DNA from: Bacteroidaceae bacterium
GTDB taxonomy: Bacteria > Bacteroidota > Bacteroidia > Bacteroidales > Bacteroidaceae
DNA: 64,000 bases
NCBI GenBank assembly: GCA_017617635.1
Contig: JAFZVW010000029.1
Coordinates: 814-64,813 of the forward strand
Direction of reading: 5' to 3'
Below are positions 26,902 to 36,660 of the stretch, piece after piece (position 1 is the first letter of the stretch; each line of letters begins with the position of its first letter). Below the pieces are notes generated by a model. That model saw only the letters and a list, made by a program, of their open reading frames with translations, did not search any database and was not told the DNA's origin. The position numbers and the translations under genes are program-made.

Positions 26902-27837
26902 TCAAATCAGGTTGTTGGTAATCGCATAGATCGTCAGGCCCGCAAGCGAACGGATCTGAAGCTTGCGGACAATGTTACGCCTGTGCGTGATTACCGTATT
27001 GACCGAAATAAACAGCCGGTTCGCGATTTCCTTGTTCGACATCCCCTGTACCAGACAAACGATTACTTCCTTCTCCCGTTCAGAGATGGATTCCCTGTTG
27101 CCCGCCTGATGAATCATACTCGAGAGGCGTGCCGACACTTCGTTGCTCTGCAACCGGTGTTCCAGGATACGGATAGCGGGAATGAACAGAACCTCCTCCA
27201 CACTGCTGTGGTTCGAGAGCCATTCCTCGTTGTTGTAGATATCGAATAACGTCGCCGTCAGCTGGTTATTGACAAGTCCGTCGTTAGGCAGATATTTGAT
27301 GATGATGTTCTTCAATTCGTGGAATTTCCCCGTGGTATCACTATGATGCCTGGCATAGATTTCCACGTTGTAGTCAGGCTTATGCTCCCCTCGCAGAAGA
27401 GCCTCGACGTATGGGAAAAGCGTCTTCTCCTCATACTTCATGTGAATACGTATGTCATGTGCATATTCATCAAACAGACGCATGATTAGTACGACCAGGT
27501 GGTCACTCTGTTTCAAGGTCTCTTCCAGTTTCTTGCGGATAACCGGCAACTGAAAGTCCAGAAAATAACGGTGCGAGGCATGCAGATAGTCCAGCAGCGT
27601 TTTCACCGAGATTCTCTCATCGGTCGCCTTTGGGGTATAGCCGTTGATCAGGAAATTGACAACAGTCAGAAAAGTATGGCAGTCCACTTGCTGCTCTGCA
27701 CATATCTCGCTCACCGTCTTGTCGCCGAAGCCCAGTCGGATGCCAAAGGCACTCAGCCCCTGCAACATACTGTGATTGTCGCTGATTAGGTCAATCATCT
27801 TGTCATCAGCCTCGTATAGTTTCACCTTTTTCATCAT
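26902..27837 (-). CDS. Transcriptional regulator: RIC/YtfE-like module (ScdA_N-like domain plus hemerythrin-type di-iron domain) fused to a LuxR-type HTH
   Basis: HMKYEEKTLFPYV, NHSSVEEVLFIPAI, SHRYFLDFQLPVI and RHHSDTTGKFHELK parallel the four His/Glu helices of YtfE. The C-terminal SEREKEVIVCLVQGMSNKEIANRLFISVNTVITHRRNI is a LuxR HTH. Start taken at MMKKVKLYE (27837), because the -7 box lies inside the longer track ORF. Confidence 0.75.
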   Translation of the reverse strand: MMKKVKLYEADDKMIDLISDNHSMLQGLSAFGIRLGFGDKTVSEICAEQQVDCHTFLTVVNFLINGYTPKATDERISVKTLLDYLHASHRYFLDFQLPVIRKKLEETLKQSDHLVVLIMRLFDEYAHDIRIHMKYEEKTLFPYVEALLRGEHKPDYNVEIYARHHSDTTGKFHELKNIIIKYLPNDGLVNNQLTATLFDIYNNEEWLSNHSSVEEVLFIPAIRILEHRLQSNEVSARLSSMIHQAGNRESISEREKEVIVCLVQGMSNKEIANRLFISVNTVITHRRNIVRKLQIRSLAGLTIYAITNNLI

Positions 27838-27855
27838 AAAAGCATTTCTCGGCTG

Positions 27856-27863
27856 CAAAGATA
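27856..27863 (-). promoter_or_regulatory. -7 promoter box (TATCTTTG, minus strand) for the RIC-LuxR regulator
   Basis: Plus strand reads caaagata, 19 nt upstream of the ATG at 27837. Confidence 0.5.
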
Positions 27864-27925
27864 CGACAATTCCCCGTGCATCACAATCCCCTTTTGTGGG
27901 TATTGTATCTTTTTTTGAATGAGCG

Positions 27926-27933
27926 TACATTTG
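27926..27933 (+). promoter_or_regulatory. -7 promoter box TACATTTG for the TonB-dependent receptor operon
   Basis: Exact TAnnTTTG match, 20 nt upstream of the ATG at 27953. Confidence 0.55.
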
Positions 27934-27952
27934 CATATAATTAAAATACTGT

Positions 27953-30685
27953 ATGCATATCCAGAGACTTTTGTGTGCGACAATAGTGCTGGCGTTTGTG
28001 CAATTGGCTAATGCACAGGCTGTTATACGTGGTATTGTGATTGACACAGATACGCAGGAACCTGTCATTGGGGCTACTGTTGCAGATGCGACCAGGCAAA
28101 AGCCGCTGACTGTTACAGACAGCGAGGGCCATTTTGCAATACCTAAATATAATTATCCTAAACAACTAAAAATTACCTACATAGGATATAAACCCAAGTT
28201 TCTTGACATAAAGAGGGCCACATCGGAGCTGATAATCCGCCTGGAGCCAGAGATTAGTATTCTGGGCGAGGTCGTCGTTACGGCAGAGGAGAGCCGTGGA
28301 CTGACCAGTACTTCTAAAATCAGAAAACACGCCATGGAGCACCTGCAGCCCTCCAGTTTTGCTGATTTGCTCGAACTGTTGCCTGGAGGAACCAGCAAGG
28401 ATCCTATGCTGAATGTCGTCAACAACATCCGTCTGCGCGAAGCAAGTCCCATGGGCAGCAATTATGCAACTTCCTCGCTGGGAACCAGTTTTCTGGTTGA
28501 CGGTGCGCGCATCTCGACAAATGCCGACATGCAGTCCGTGAGCGGTGCATGGGAGTCGTCTGCCTTGAATCGCGAAAGCACCAATTCGGGTGTGGATATG
28601 CGTACCATTTCGACGGACGACATTGAGAGTGTCGAGATTGTGCGCGGCATCCCGTCTGTTGAGTATGGTGACTTGACAAGCGGACTTGTTAAGATAGAGC
28701 GTCGCAGGGGCGGGAGCGACTTTCAGGCGAGGCTGAAGGCAGACATGCAGTCGAAACTGGTGTATGTAGCAAAGGGCTTTGAATGGAGGAACCTGACGAC
28801 CTTGAATGTCAGTGCTGACTATCTTTATTCCAAGGCAGATCCAAGAAACTCGCTGAACAACTACAGCCGTCTGACATTCTCGGCGCGTGCGGGACATACA
28901 TGGCAGCGACCGGACTACAGGCTACTTTTGACGACAAACGTGGATTACACTGGTTCGTTTGATGGGGAGAAGCAGGACCCGGACCTGAACAAGGGTTCGG
29001 TAGACAAGTACAGGCAGAGTTATAATAGGATTGCGCTGATGACAAAGCTCGAGCTGAAGATGATGCAGCGGAAGTGGCTGAAAAGTGCTGAGTTTATGGT
29101 GGCTGCATCATATCATCATGACAGGATTTCGCGTACGAAGACGGTGAGTCTGCAGAGTATGACGGGTGCCGTACTGAATAGTGAAGAGGGTGAATACGAC
29201 GCGCTGATTTTGCCGTATGTGTATGATGCTACGCAGGATGTGGACGGCAAGCCATTGAATGTGTTTGCAAAGCTGAATGTGAGTCTGCAGATACCGAACA
29301 GGAGAGTTGCGAATACATTGATGGTAGGTGTGGACTGGAATGTGGACAAGAATTATGGCGAGGGACAAGTGTTTGACGTGCTACGTCCGGTGTACCCGAC
29401 TGCACAAGTACGTATGCACAGCCTGGCAGAAAAACCTGCGAATCATACATTGTCGTTCTATGCAGAGGAGAGGGCCACATTGCCACTGTGGAGTTGCAAG
29501 CTGGATGTGATGGCAGGCATACGTGCCCAACAGATGCTGAATCTGCCCAATGACTATGCTATGCATTCCAATTTCTATCTTGATCCGCGTGCCAACATGG
29601 GATTTACCTTTCCACGTTTCACTGTGTTCGGCAAACCATCGTTTGTAAGGCTTTCGGGCGGTATCGGACAGCACACCAAGATGCCTACAATAGACCAGTT
29701 GTTTCCCGATCCGGCATATATTGACTTGCTGCAGCTGAAGTATTATAATGTGAATCCGGAGTACAGCCGTATAAACTACCGCACATATATTATTCCGGGT
29801 ACCAATGCTAAGCTGGGACCTGCGCGTAACCTTAAGTGGGAGGTGACGGGTGACTGGGATGTGGGCAGTAACCGTCTGACGGTGACTTACTTCGGGGAAA
29901 ACATGGAGTCGGGTTTCCGCAACCAGACTAACTACGCAGCCTACGAATATCGTAAATACGATGCATCGGGTGTGGATGCATCGACATTGACAGGGCCTCC
30001 GTCGCTTTCGGATATGCCATATCAGCTGCTGACGGAACTGTGCGCCTATACGCATTATGAAAATGGAAGCCAGACCAAGAAGGAGGGCGCCGAACTTACG
30101 TTTGCATCGAAGCGCATACCGAAAGTCAACACTCGTCTGACGATTACGGGAGCATGGTTCAGGACTACATACAGAAACTCGCAGCTGATAATGGAGCGCC
30201 CGAGTGTGGTTGTGGGTAACAGCCGCCTGCAATATGTAGGGCTGTACCGTGACCAGGAATGTGTGGTGAACGAAATGGCGAATACGAATTTCATGTTCGA
30301 TACGGATGTGCCTAAGTTGAAGCTGGGCTTCTCTATTTCAACGCAGTGTATGTGGTTCACGTCCACGGAGCGTGATGCTCTGAGCCGTGAGCCGGATGCC
30401 TATATGGACGGACAGGGAGTGATACATGAATGGACGCCGGAGTGTGCGGGGGATGCGTATCTGAAGTGGCTGATACGTTCGTCTACAAACTATACGTACA
30501 GTACTGTGCCGTTTGCGCTGACGCTGAACATGAAAGTGACGAAAAAGTTGCTGAGGGACAGACTGAAGGTAGCAATGTTCTTTAACAAGATATGGGATTT
30601 CAGTCCTGACTACGAGAGTTACGGCAAAACGGTCCGCAGGCACACAAAACCCTATTTCGGACTTGAAGTAAATGTGAAAATATGA
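27953..30685 (+). CDS. TonB-dependent receptor with an N-terminal carboxypeptidase-regulatory-like domain
   Basis: 910 aa with a signal peptide. IRGIVIDTDTQEPVIGATVAD is a CarbopepD_reg-like motif. Plug region (SIESVEIVRGIPSVEYGD), then a long beta-barrel. No SusD-like gene follows. Confidence 0.85.
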   Translation: MHIQRLLCATIVLAFVQLANAQAVIRGIVIDTDTQEPVIGATVADATRQKPLTVTDSEGHFAIPKYNYPKQLKITYIGYKPKFLDIKRATSELIIRLEPEISILGEVVVTAEESRGLTSTSKIRKHAMEHLQPSSFADLLELLPGGTSKDPMLNVVNNIRLREASPMGSNYATSSLGTSFLVDGARISTNADMQSVSGAWESSALNRESTNSGVDMRTISTDDIESVEIVRGIPSVEYGDLTSGLVKIERRRGGSDFQARLKADMQSKLVYVAKGFEWRNLTTLNVSADYLYSKADPRNSLNNYSRLTFSARAGHTWQRPDYRLLLTTNVDYTGSFDGEKQDPDLNKGSVDKYRQSYNRIALMTKLELKMMQRKWLKSAEFMVAASYHHDRISRTKTVSLQSMTGAVLNSEEGEYDALILPYVYDATQDVDGKPLNVFAKLNVSLQIPNRRVANTLMVGVDWNVDKNYGEGQVFDVLRPVYPTAQVRMHSLAEKPANHTLSFYAEERATLPLWSCKLDVMAGIRAQQMLNLPNDYAMHSNFYLDPRANMGFTFPRFTVFGKPSFVRLSGGIGQHTKMPTIDQLFPDPAYIDLLQLKYYNVNPEYSRINYRTYIIPGTNAKLGPARNLKWEVTGDWDVGSNRLTVTYFGENMESGFRNQTNYAAYEYRKYDASGVDASTLTGPPSLSDMPYQLLTELCAYTHYENGSQTKKEGAELTFASKRIPKVNTRLTITGAWFRTTYRNSQLIMERPSVVVGNSRLQYVGLYRDQECVVNEMANTNFMFDTDVPKLKLGFSISTQCMWFTSTERDALSREPDAYMDGQGVIHEWTPECAGDAYLKWLIRSSTNYTYSTVPFALTLNMKVTKKLLRDRLKVAMFFNKIWDFSPDYESYGKTVRRHTKPYFGLEVNVKI

Positions 30686-31062
30686 GAAAGATTATATTCC
30701 TTTGCATGATGGGTCTGGCGGTGGTGCTATGTGCCTGTCATCAGGACAATGATGATTATATGACCGTTGCGACGGTGCACCTGAACGGAGGTGAGGGAAT
30801 CAGGATAGAGCGTGTGCAGGCGATGGCACATTTTACAAACCTGAATACGCGTCATGTGACCAGTACTGCTAATTTTGACGGAGCAGATGTGCAGGTCGAA
30901 CTCTTGCGCGGTGCATATCAGGTGCTGATTGAGGGGATACTGAGTTGCGTAAACGCTGACGGTGTGCGCAGTGTCCGGCAGTTCAGGGCTGTGAGTGACT
31001 ATGTGGAACTGGCGGGAATCGGAAAGAGCCAGGCGAGTATTAATATTATTCTGTTGGACTGA
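30682..31062 (+). CDS. Small lipoprotein (beta-sandwich-like), function unknown
   Basis: 126 aa with lipobox VLCAC. ATGA overlap with the receptor gene's stop and TGATG overlap with the next gene's start. Confidence 0.6.
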   Translation: MRKIIFLCMMGLAVVLCACHQDNDDYMTVATVHLNGGEGIRIERVQAMAHFTNLNTRHVTSTANFDGADVQVELLRGAYQVLIEGILSCVNADGVRSVRQFRAVSDYVELAGIGKSQASINIILLD

Positions 31063-32561
31063 TGGGACGTTTAGTGTGTACTGTGGTGATATTGTCTGCA
31101 TGTATGCAATGGGCAGTGGGGGCAGAGACAGACACGGCATATGTGGAGCGCTATTCGCTGTGGCGCCAGACATATGAACAAGCCTTGCAGAACCCGGCTA
31201 TGATGACACAGGCCTATATGAAGTCGCATACAGAGCTGAGTGTGAAGTGTGACTATAGGCATCAAGGCGAATCTTACCGCTTGGAGGAAGGTACGGGGTT
31301 CGTGATGCCTGAGATAAAGGCTGACACATATATACGTTTGACGGGATCTTCGGTTGTATGGGGCGAGGCATCGTACAGCAACGGCAAGCATTATGACAAG
31401 GTGTACAACAATGTAGCGGACTTTGATTTATTGTATCCCGACGTCATTGCTGATAGCATAGGAGGCGATACTCATAGGGAACGTTATTATTTTGCCGGCG
31501 GATATGCTGCCGAAACGGGCAAGTGGAGGTTAGGTGGTGTGCTGGAACTGCGTGCCGAGCAGGAATACCGTACGTATGATCCGCGTATGCGCAGCGTGGT
31601 GTATGATGTGTTGCTGTCGGCTGGCGCGGCCAGATCTATTGGAGGGTATGTGCTGGGTCTTCAGGCCGATGGTAATATATACAGACAGACGGCCGATGTG
31701 GATTTCTACAGCGAGTTGAACGGCATGGGAGAACTGCAGATGACAGGATTGGGAACCCATTACGTAAGATTTTCGGGCTCCAACCGTGATATCTTTTACC
31801 ATGGCAAGGGCGGAATCCTTAGCTTGGACCTGCAACCTTCAGGAAATTCGGGTTGGCAGGCCCGTCTCAGTCACGGCATACATCTGTACGAGCGCCTTTC
31901 GGACGAATACAATTCCATGCCCCTGACTACGCTATATCGTCAGCAGACAGCTCTTACTGTAGGATGGAGAAAACAGTCACAGCGAAGTGAGAAGGCCCTG
32001 CTGGTGCATGCACTATACGACAGGCGGGCCAGTGACGAGCATGTGGCAGGTACGGCTTCGGGGCAGGAGTATCCGATACTGACAGACCTGACAATGTATC
32101 ACGAGCATCATATTGATGCGGGCATTACTGCGCTGTATGGGCGCGGTGACTGGTATTGGATGCTGAAGGGGGGATATATGAGCAACAGGGAGAGGTACGA
32201 ATATGTGGAACGCAAGGTGGAATATTCCCGACTGTATGGCGAACTGACGGCACAGTGGCTGAAGAAGGTAAGGCATAACCTGTGGCTGAATTGGTTTGCC
32301 AAGGCTGGCTATGAGGGCTGTATAAGCGAGAGGATAGTGATGCCCTATGCTAATATGTCGTCGGGGATAAGGAATTATATCAACCATAACTGGAAATATC
32401 AGAGAGCCGGATATACGCAGTTAGGTACAGGCCTACGTGCCGACTACAGACCACAGAGATGGCGGGTAGGCTTGTTCGCCCAGGTTGCTGCAGCATTGAG
32501 ATTATGTTCGGCAGGCAGACAGGAGATAAATCTGCAAGTTTCTGCAGGAGTTACGATTTAA
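31062..32561 (+). CDS. Signal-peptide protein, probable outer-membrane beta-barrel (possibly DUF6850-like)
   Basis: 499 aa, rich in Tyr/Gly/Arg with an alternating pattern. The family name is recalled from similar TonB-receptor neighbourhoods and is not verified. Confidence 0.5.
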   Translation: MGRLVCTVVILSACMQWAVGAETDTAYVERYSLWRQTYEQALQNPAMMTQAYMKSHTELSVKCDYRHQGESYRLEEGTGFVMPEIKADTYIRLTGSSVVWGEASYSNGKHYDKVYNNVADFDLLYPDVIADSIGGDTHRERYYFAGGYAAETGKWRLGGVLELRAEQEYRTYDPRMRSVVYDVLLSAGAARSIGGYVLGLQADGNIYRQTADVDFYSELNGMGELQMTGLGTHYVRFSGSNRDIFYHGKGGILSLDLQPSGNSGWQARLSHGIHLYERLSDEYNSMPLTTLYRQQTALTVGWRKQSQRSEKALLVHALYDRRASDEHVAGTASGQEYPILTDLTMYHEHHIDAGITALYGRGDWYWMLKGGYMSNRERYEYVERKVEYSRLYGELTAQWLKKVRHNLWLNWFAKAGYEGCISERIVMPYANMSSGIRNYINHNWKYQRAGYTQLGTGLRADYRPQRWRVGLFAQVAAALRLCSAGRQEINLQVSAGVTI

Positions 32562-32608
32562 AGATTTACTATTTACCATTTTACATTTTACTAAATAAAC
32601 AGAAAAAG

Positions 32609-33826
32609 ATGAAAAAGAGTGTATTTTCAAGCCTGGTGCTTGTATTGACAGGAGTGTTGTTCTTTTCGTGCACTAACGAGGATTTACCGCCTGTGCTGGA
32701 GAACGGCAGGATTACAATCGAGATGCCGCTGAATGTAAGCGATGTTGTGCTGAACAGTTTTGAAGGTACTGCAACCAACATACAGAGCGGGGAGGTCGTG
32801 ACGTTACCACAGCCGGAGAAAGAGGGCGAGAACTATGTGGTTACGCTTCCTGCGATGGCGAGTGGCCGGTATAATATTATGGCAAAGGGAAACATCTCGT
32901 TTGTGAAGGACGGTGTTGCCGGCAATACTGACTTCGATGTTGTCTCAAATGATGTGTCTCTGGACGAAACATCGGCATCAACGAGGGTGGTTGTAAGTTC
33001 GTTCAAGGCCGAGGGCGGATTCGTTTTCTCGGAGATATGTACGACAGGAACGGTTACACCACAGAACAAGAACTACAACTACGATGCATATTTTGTGATT
33101 ACAAACAACAGCGATGTCGTACTTTATGCCGACAGTATCGTACTGATTGAGTCGCAGTACCAGAGCAGCAGCTCGGGTAACAATCCATGGAGCCCAGATG
33201 TGCGTCCTTATGCAATACCTGCAGGTGCTGTGTTCATGATTCCCGGCAATGGTACCGACCATCCGGTTCAACCCGGCGAGAGTATCGTGATTGCCAACAA
33301 TGCGATGGACCACACGACGGTGAACGAGAACTCGTATGACCTGACGGATGCAGATTTCGAGGTTTATCTGGATAACGGCGGAAATAGTATGGATACAGAT
33401 TACGATACCCCCAACATGGAATATATATGGTGCTATACAAATACTATCTGGCTGCCTTCGGTTCAGCAGAACCGCAGTTATGCAATTGCTCGTATGAGGG
33501 AGAACAAGGAGTCGTTCCTGGCCAATCACAGCGAGACGCCGACGTATACAGCCTCGACCGGCAAGCTGATGGAGAGCAAGCAGGTGCAGATTCCCAACGA
33601 GTGGGTTCTGGATGCAGTAAACCTGGGTACGGAGGATGATTTCGGCTGGTTTGTGATTTCGGAGACTCTGGATGCAGGTTTCGTGGCAGGTCGTGCAAAT
33701 TCCAAGGATACGACACAGCGCGGAACATCCATCAAGCGTAAGAAGGACTCAGCAGGCAAGTATATTGACACAAACAACTCTACAAACGACATGGAGGCCA
33801 GGCAGACGCCTTCGATGAAGAAATAA
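32609..33826 (+). CDS. Lipoprotein with a lamin-tail-domain-like central region (possibly DUF4876-like)
   Basis: Start at MKKSVFSSLVLVLTGVLFFSC (lipobox). FVFSEICTTGT ... DAYFVITNNSDVVLYADSIVLIES resembles the LTD fold signature. Confidence 0.55.
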   Translation: MKKSVFSSLVLVLTGVLFFSCTNEDLPPVLENGRITIEMPLNVSDVVLNSFEGTATNIQSGEVVTLPQPEKEGENYVVTLPAMASGRYNIMAKGNISFVKDGVAGNTDFDVVSNDVSLDETSASTRVVVSSFKAEGGFVFSEICTTGTVTPQNKNYNYDAYFVITNNSDVVLYADSIVLIESQYQSSSSGNNPWSPDVRPYAIPAGAVFMIPGNGTDHPVQPGESIVIANNAMDHTTVNENSYDLTDADFEVYLDNGGNSMDTDYDTPNMEYIWCYTNTIWLPSVQQNRSYAIARMRENKESFLANHSETPTYTASTGKLMESKQVQIPNEWVLDAVNLGTEDDFGWFVISETLDAGFVAGRANSKDTTQRGTSIKRKKDSAGKYIDTNNSTNDMEARQTPSMKK

Positions 33827-33829
33827 GGT

Positions 33830-36637
33830 ATGAGAAAGATATATTCGTTTTTTGCACTGGTGCTGTTGTCCATAGTGGCAACAGCCCAGGGATTACCGCA
33901 AGACCCTACTGTCCGCAAGGGTCGCCTGAAGAACGGCATGACATACTACATCCGTCACAATGCAAGGGAAGCAGGTCTTGCCGATTTCTATATAGCCCAG
34001 CGTGTGGGCAGTATTCTGGAGGAACCGCGTCAGCGTGGCCTGGCCCATTTCCTGGAACATATGGCTTTCAACGGCACAAAGAATTTCCCCGGCAAGGGTG
34101 ACAAGTTGGGAATCGTGCCCTGGTGCGAGACCATTGGTGTCAAGTTCGGAGCCAACCTGAATGCCTACACCTCCATTGACCAGACAGTCTACCACATAGG
34201 CTCGGCTCCCCTCAAGCGCGAGGGCATCATAGACTCATGCCTGCTGGTACTGCATGACTGGAGCCATTATCTCCTGCTCGAGGACAATGAGATTGACAAG
34301 GAACGCGGCGTTATTCACGAGGAATGGCGTACACGTCGTGCAGGCCGTGCCGTACAGCGTCTGCAGGAGCAGGCAATGCCCAATGTCTATCGCGGCACCA
34401 AGTACGAGGACTGTCTGCCCATAGGCTCTATGGCCATTGTCGACAGTTTTCCGTATCAGGACCTGCGCGACTATTATCACAAGTGGTATCGTCCCGACTT
34501 GCAGGCCATCATTGTCGTTGGTGATATTGATGTGGACAAGATGGAGAAGAAAATCCGCAGGACATTCTCATCCATACCAATGCCCAAAAAGGCCGCCAGG
34601 CGCATATACTATCCTGTTGGTGACAACGACCGGATGATTGTAGATATCCAAAAGGACAAGGAACAACCCATTGCTCTGTGCAATATCTATCAGAAATGCG
34701 AGGCGACACCCGACAGCGAGAAGGACAGTGAGAAATATCTGCGCGACGACTATGTCAGCGGTCTCGTCAGCACCATGCTCAACGACCGCCTGATGGAGTT
34801 GCGTCAGCAGGCCGACCCCCCGTTCCTGAGTGCAACTGGACGTGTCTCACAGTTTCTGGTCAGCCGGACCAAGGATGCTTTCTCACTTAGCATCAGTTGT
34901 AAGAAAGGTAATATCCTGGGGGGTATCATCACCGCTGTAGCCGAGGCAGAGCGGGCACGTCAGCACGGCTTCACACAATCCGAACTGGAGCGTGCAAAAA
35001 AACTGCGTCTTAATGCCGCCGAGCGCAGGGTAAAGATGCAAGACGACTACCGCAATTCGCACTACGTAAACAATTGCCTCGGAAATTTCCTTACAAACGA
35101 ACCCTTGCTAAGTGTGGACTATAAACTGGGGATTACGCAGAAACTGGACAAGGAGGTTACGCTTGCCGAGGTGAATGCAGCCGTCCGCGAACTTATTACC
35201 GACAGGAATCAGGTCGTTATCATGTATGCCCCTGACAAGGAGGATTACGAAGTACCAACCAGCGAACAGATAGAGCAGGTCATCATTGCAGCACAGAGAC
35301 AGCAGTACGCACCTTATCGGGAAGCACAGTTGAGCCAGTCTTTTATCAGTACTCTGCCGCAGGCAGGCACAATTCTCAGCGAAAAGCCATATCGTCACGG
35401 TTTTACCGAAATAACACTCAGCAACGGTATGAAGGTCTATGCCAGGAAAACTGACTACGAAGCCGATGCCGTAACCCTCAGTATGCGTGCAGACGGCGGA
35501 ACGTCGCTGTATGGTGACGAGGACATTCCCAATTTCGCTTTTGTAACGAGCGGTGTTACTGAAGGCGGAATAGGAGAGTTTGACGCAGTTACATTACGCA
35601 AGATGCTGACAGGCAAGAGCGTGCGCGTAAGCCCGTCGGTAGGAAGCACAGGGCAGGCTATTGGCGGCAGTGCTTCGCTCAAGGATATGGAGACAATGTT
35701 CCAGCTCGCGTACCTGTATTTTACACAGCCGCGCAGGGATACGACCGCCTTTGCCAGCCTGATAAACCGTCAGTATGCCTTCCTTGCCAACCGCAATGCG
35801 TCGCCCAAGGTCGATTACAACGACTCGATACGTTCTGTCCTGTATGACCACAATCCTCGGCTGCAGCCCGTTGTGCAGTCGACTCTGGCCAAGGTTAGCT
35901 ATGACCGCATACTTCAGATATACAAGGAGCGCTTCGCTGATGCCGCCAATTTCCGGACAGTCATTATAGGTAACTATGATGAGCAGGAGTTGCGCAGGAT
36001 GCTGTGCCAGTATCTCGCAACTTTGCCGGCTACCAACCGTCATGAGCAGACCGACTATAGCCGTATTCCACGTATTGCGGACGGACAGAAGACTGTCAGG
36101 TTTACAAAGGCACAGGCAACACCGCTGGCGAATGTCAGCATATTCCTTACCGCCGACGTTCCTTTCAGCCCTCAGAGCGATTTGGAGCTCGACTTCCTAA
36201 AACGCTGTCTTTCCATAGCCTACACCGATTCTGTCCGTGAGGAGCAGGGCGGCACATACGGCGTAAGCGTCAGCGTAGATCTGGACAAGGACGACAAGCC
36301 GAATACGACGATGAAGATTTCCTATAATGCCGACCCGACCCGTTACGGGGAACTTAATCCCATTATATACCGGCAACTGCTGAATATAGCCGACTATGGT
36401 CCTGCTGAGAGTTCAATGCAGAAAATCAGGGAGTACCTGATAAAGCAGTATGCGCAGGCAGCAATTACCAACGACTATTGGAGCTATATCATCTGGCACG
36501 AGCTGGAGGATGATACCGACTTTGACAGCAATTATTGCAATATGGTACGACAGATAACACCCGTGGACGTTCAGCGCATGGCACAGCGCTTGCTGGAGAC
36601 GAAACGCTGCATCGAGGTCACGATGCTATCGGAATAG
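33830..36637 (+). CDS. M16 (pitrilysin/insulinase) family zinc peptidase, double-length
   Basis: 935 aa with a signal peptide. Inverted zinc motif HFLEHMAFNGT (HxxEH) with downstream EE. Starts 3 nt after the preceding gene. Confidence 0.85.
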   Translation: MRKIYSFFALVLLSIVATAQGLPQDPTVRKGRLKNGMTYYIRHNAREAGLADFYIAQRVGSILEEPRQRGLAHFLEHMAFNGTKNFPGKGDKLGIVPWCETIGVKFGANLNAYTSIDQTVYHIGSAPLKREGIIDSCLLVLHDWSHYLLLEDNEIDKERGVIHEEWRTRRAGRAVQRLQEQAMPNVYRGTKYEDCLPIGSMAIVDSFPYQDLRDYYHKWYRPDLQAIIVVGDIDVDKMEKKIRRTFSSIPMPKKAARRIYYPVGDNDRMIVDIQKDKEQPIALCNIYQKCEATPDSEKDSEKYLRDDYVSGLVSTMLNDRLMELRQQADPPFLSATGRVSQFLVSRTKDAFSLSISCKKGNILGGIITAVAEAERARQHGFTQSELERAKKLRLNAAERRVKMQDDYRNSHYVNNCLGNFLTNEPLLSVDYKLGITQKLDKEVTLAEVNAAVRELITDRNQVVIMYAPDKEDYEVPTSEQIEQVIIAAQRQQYAPYREAQLSQSFISTLPQAGTILSEKPYRHGFTEITLSNGMKVYARKTDYEADAVTLSMRADGGTSLYGDEDIPNFAFVTSGVTEGGIGEFDAVTLRKMLTGKSVRVSPSVGSTGQAIGGSASLKDMETMFQLAYLYFTQPRRDTTAFASLINRQYAFLANRNASPKVDYNDSIRSVLYDHNPRLQPVVQSTLAKVSYDRILQIYKERFADAANFRTVIIGNYDEQELRRMLCQYLATLPATNRHEQTDYSRIPRIADGQKTVRFTKAQATPLANVSIFLTADVPFSPQSDLELDFLKRCLSIAYTDSVREEQGGTYGVSVSVDLDKDDKPNTTMKISYNADPTRYGELNPIIYRQLLNIADYGPAESSMQKIREYLIKQYAQAAITNDYWSYIIWHELEDDTDFDSNYCNMVRQITPVDVQRMAQRLLETKRCIEVTMLSE

Positions 36638-36660
36638 TTCCAGTGGCGCAGAGCTCCGTT

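Noticed and set aside
27838-27952. Riboswitch (for example cobalamin) in front of the TonB-dependent receptor.
   Set aside because: The whole intergenic region is 115 bp and holds two divergent promoters. The leader would be only about 15-20 nt, too short for any known riboswitch.
26902-28068. N-terminally extended versions of several ORFs in the track: 26902-28068, 32459-33826, 43036-45687, 45624-46403, 18841-19707, 19596-20669, 37133-40390, 62891-63673, and GTG/TTG starts at 18791, 23305 and 54452.
   Set aside because: The extensions overlap neighbouring genes or promoter boxes, lack signal-peptide logic, and start at non-ATG codons in several cases. Internal ATGs give canonical N-termini (lipoboxes, HAD motif I, IspD motif). 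I trimmed them accordingly.
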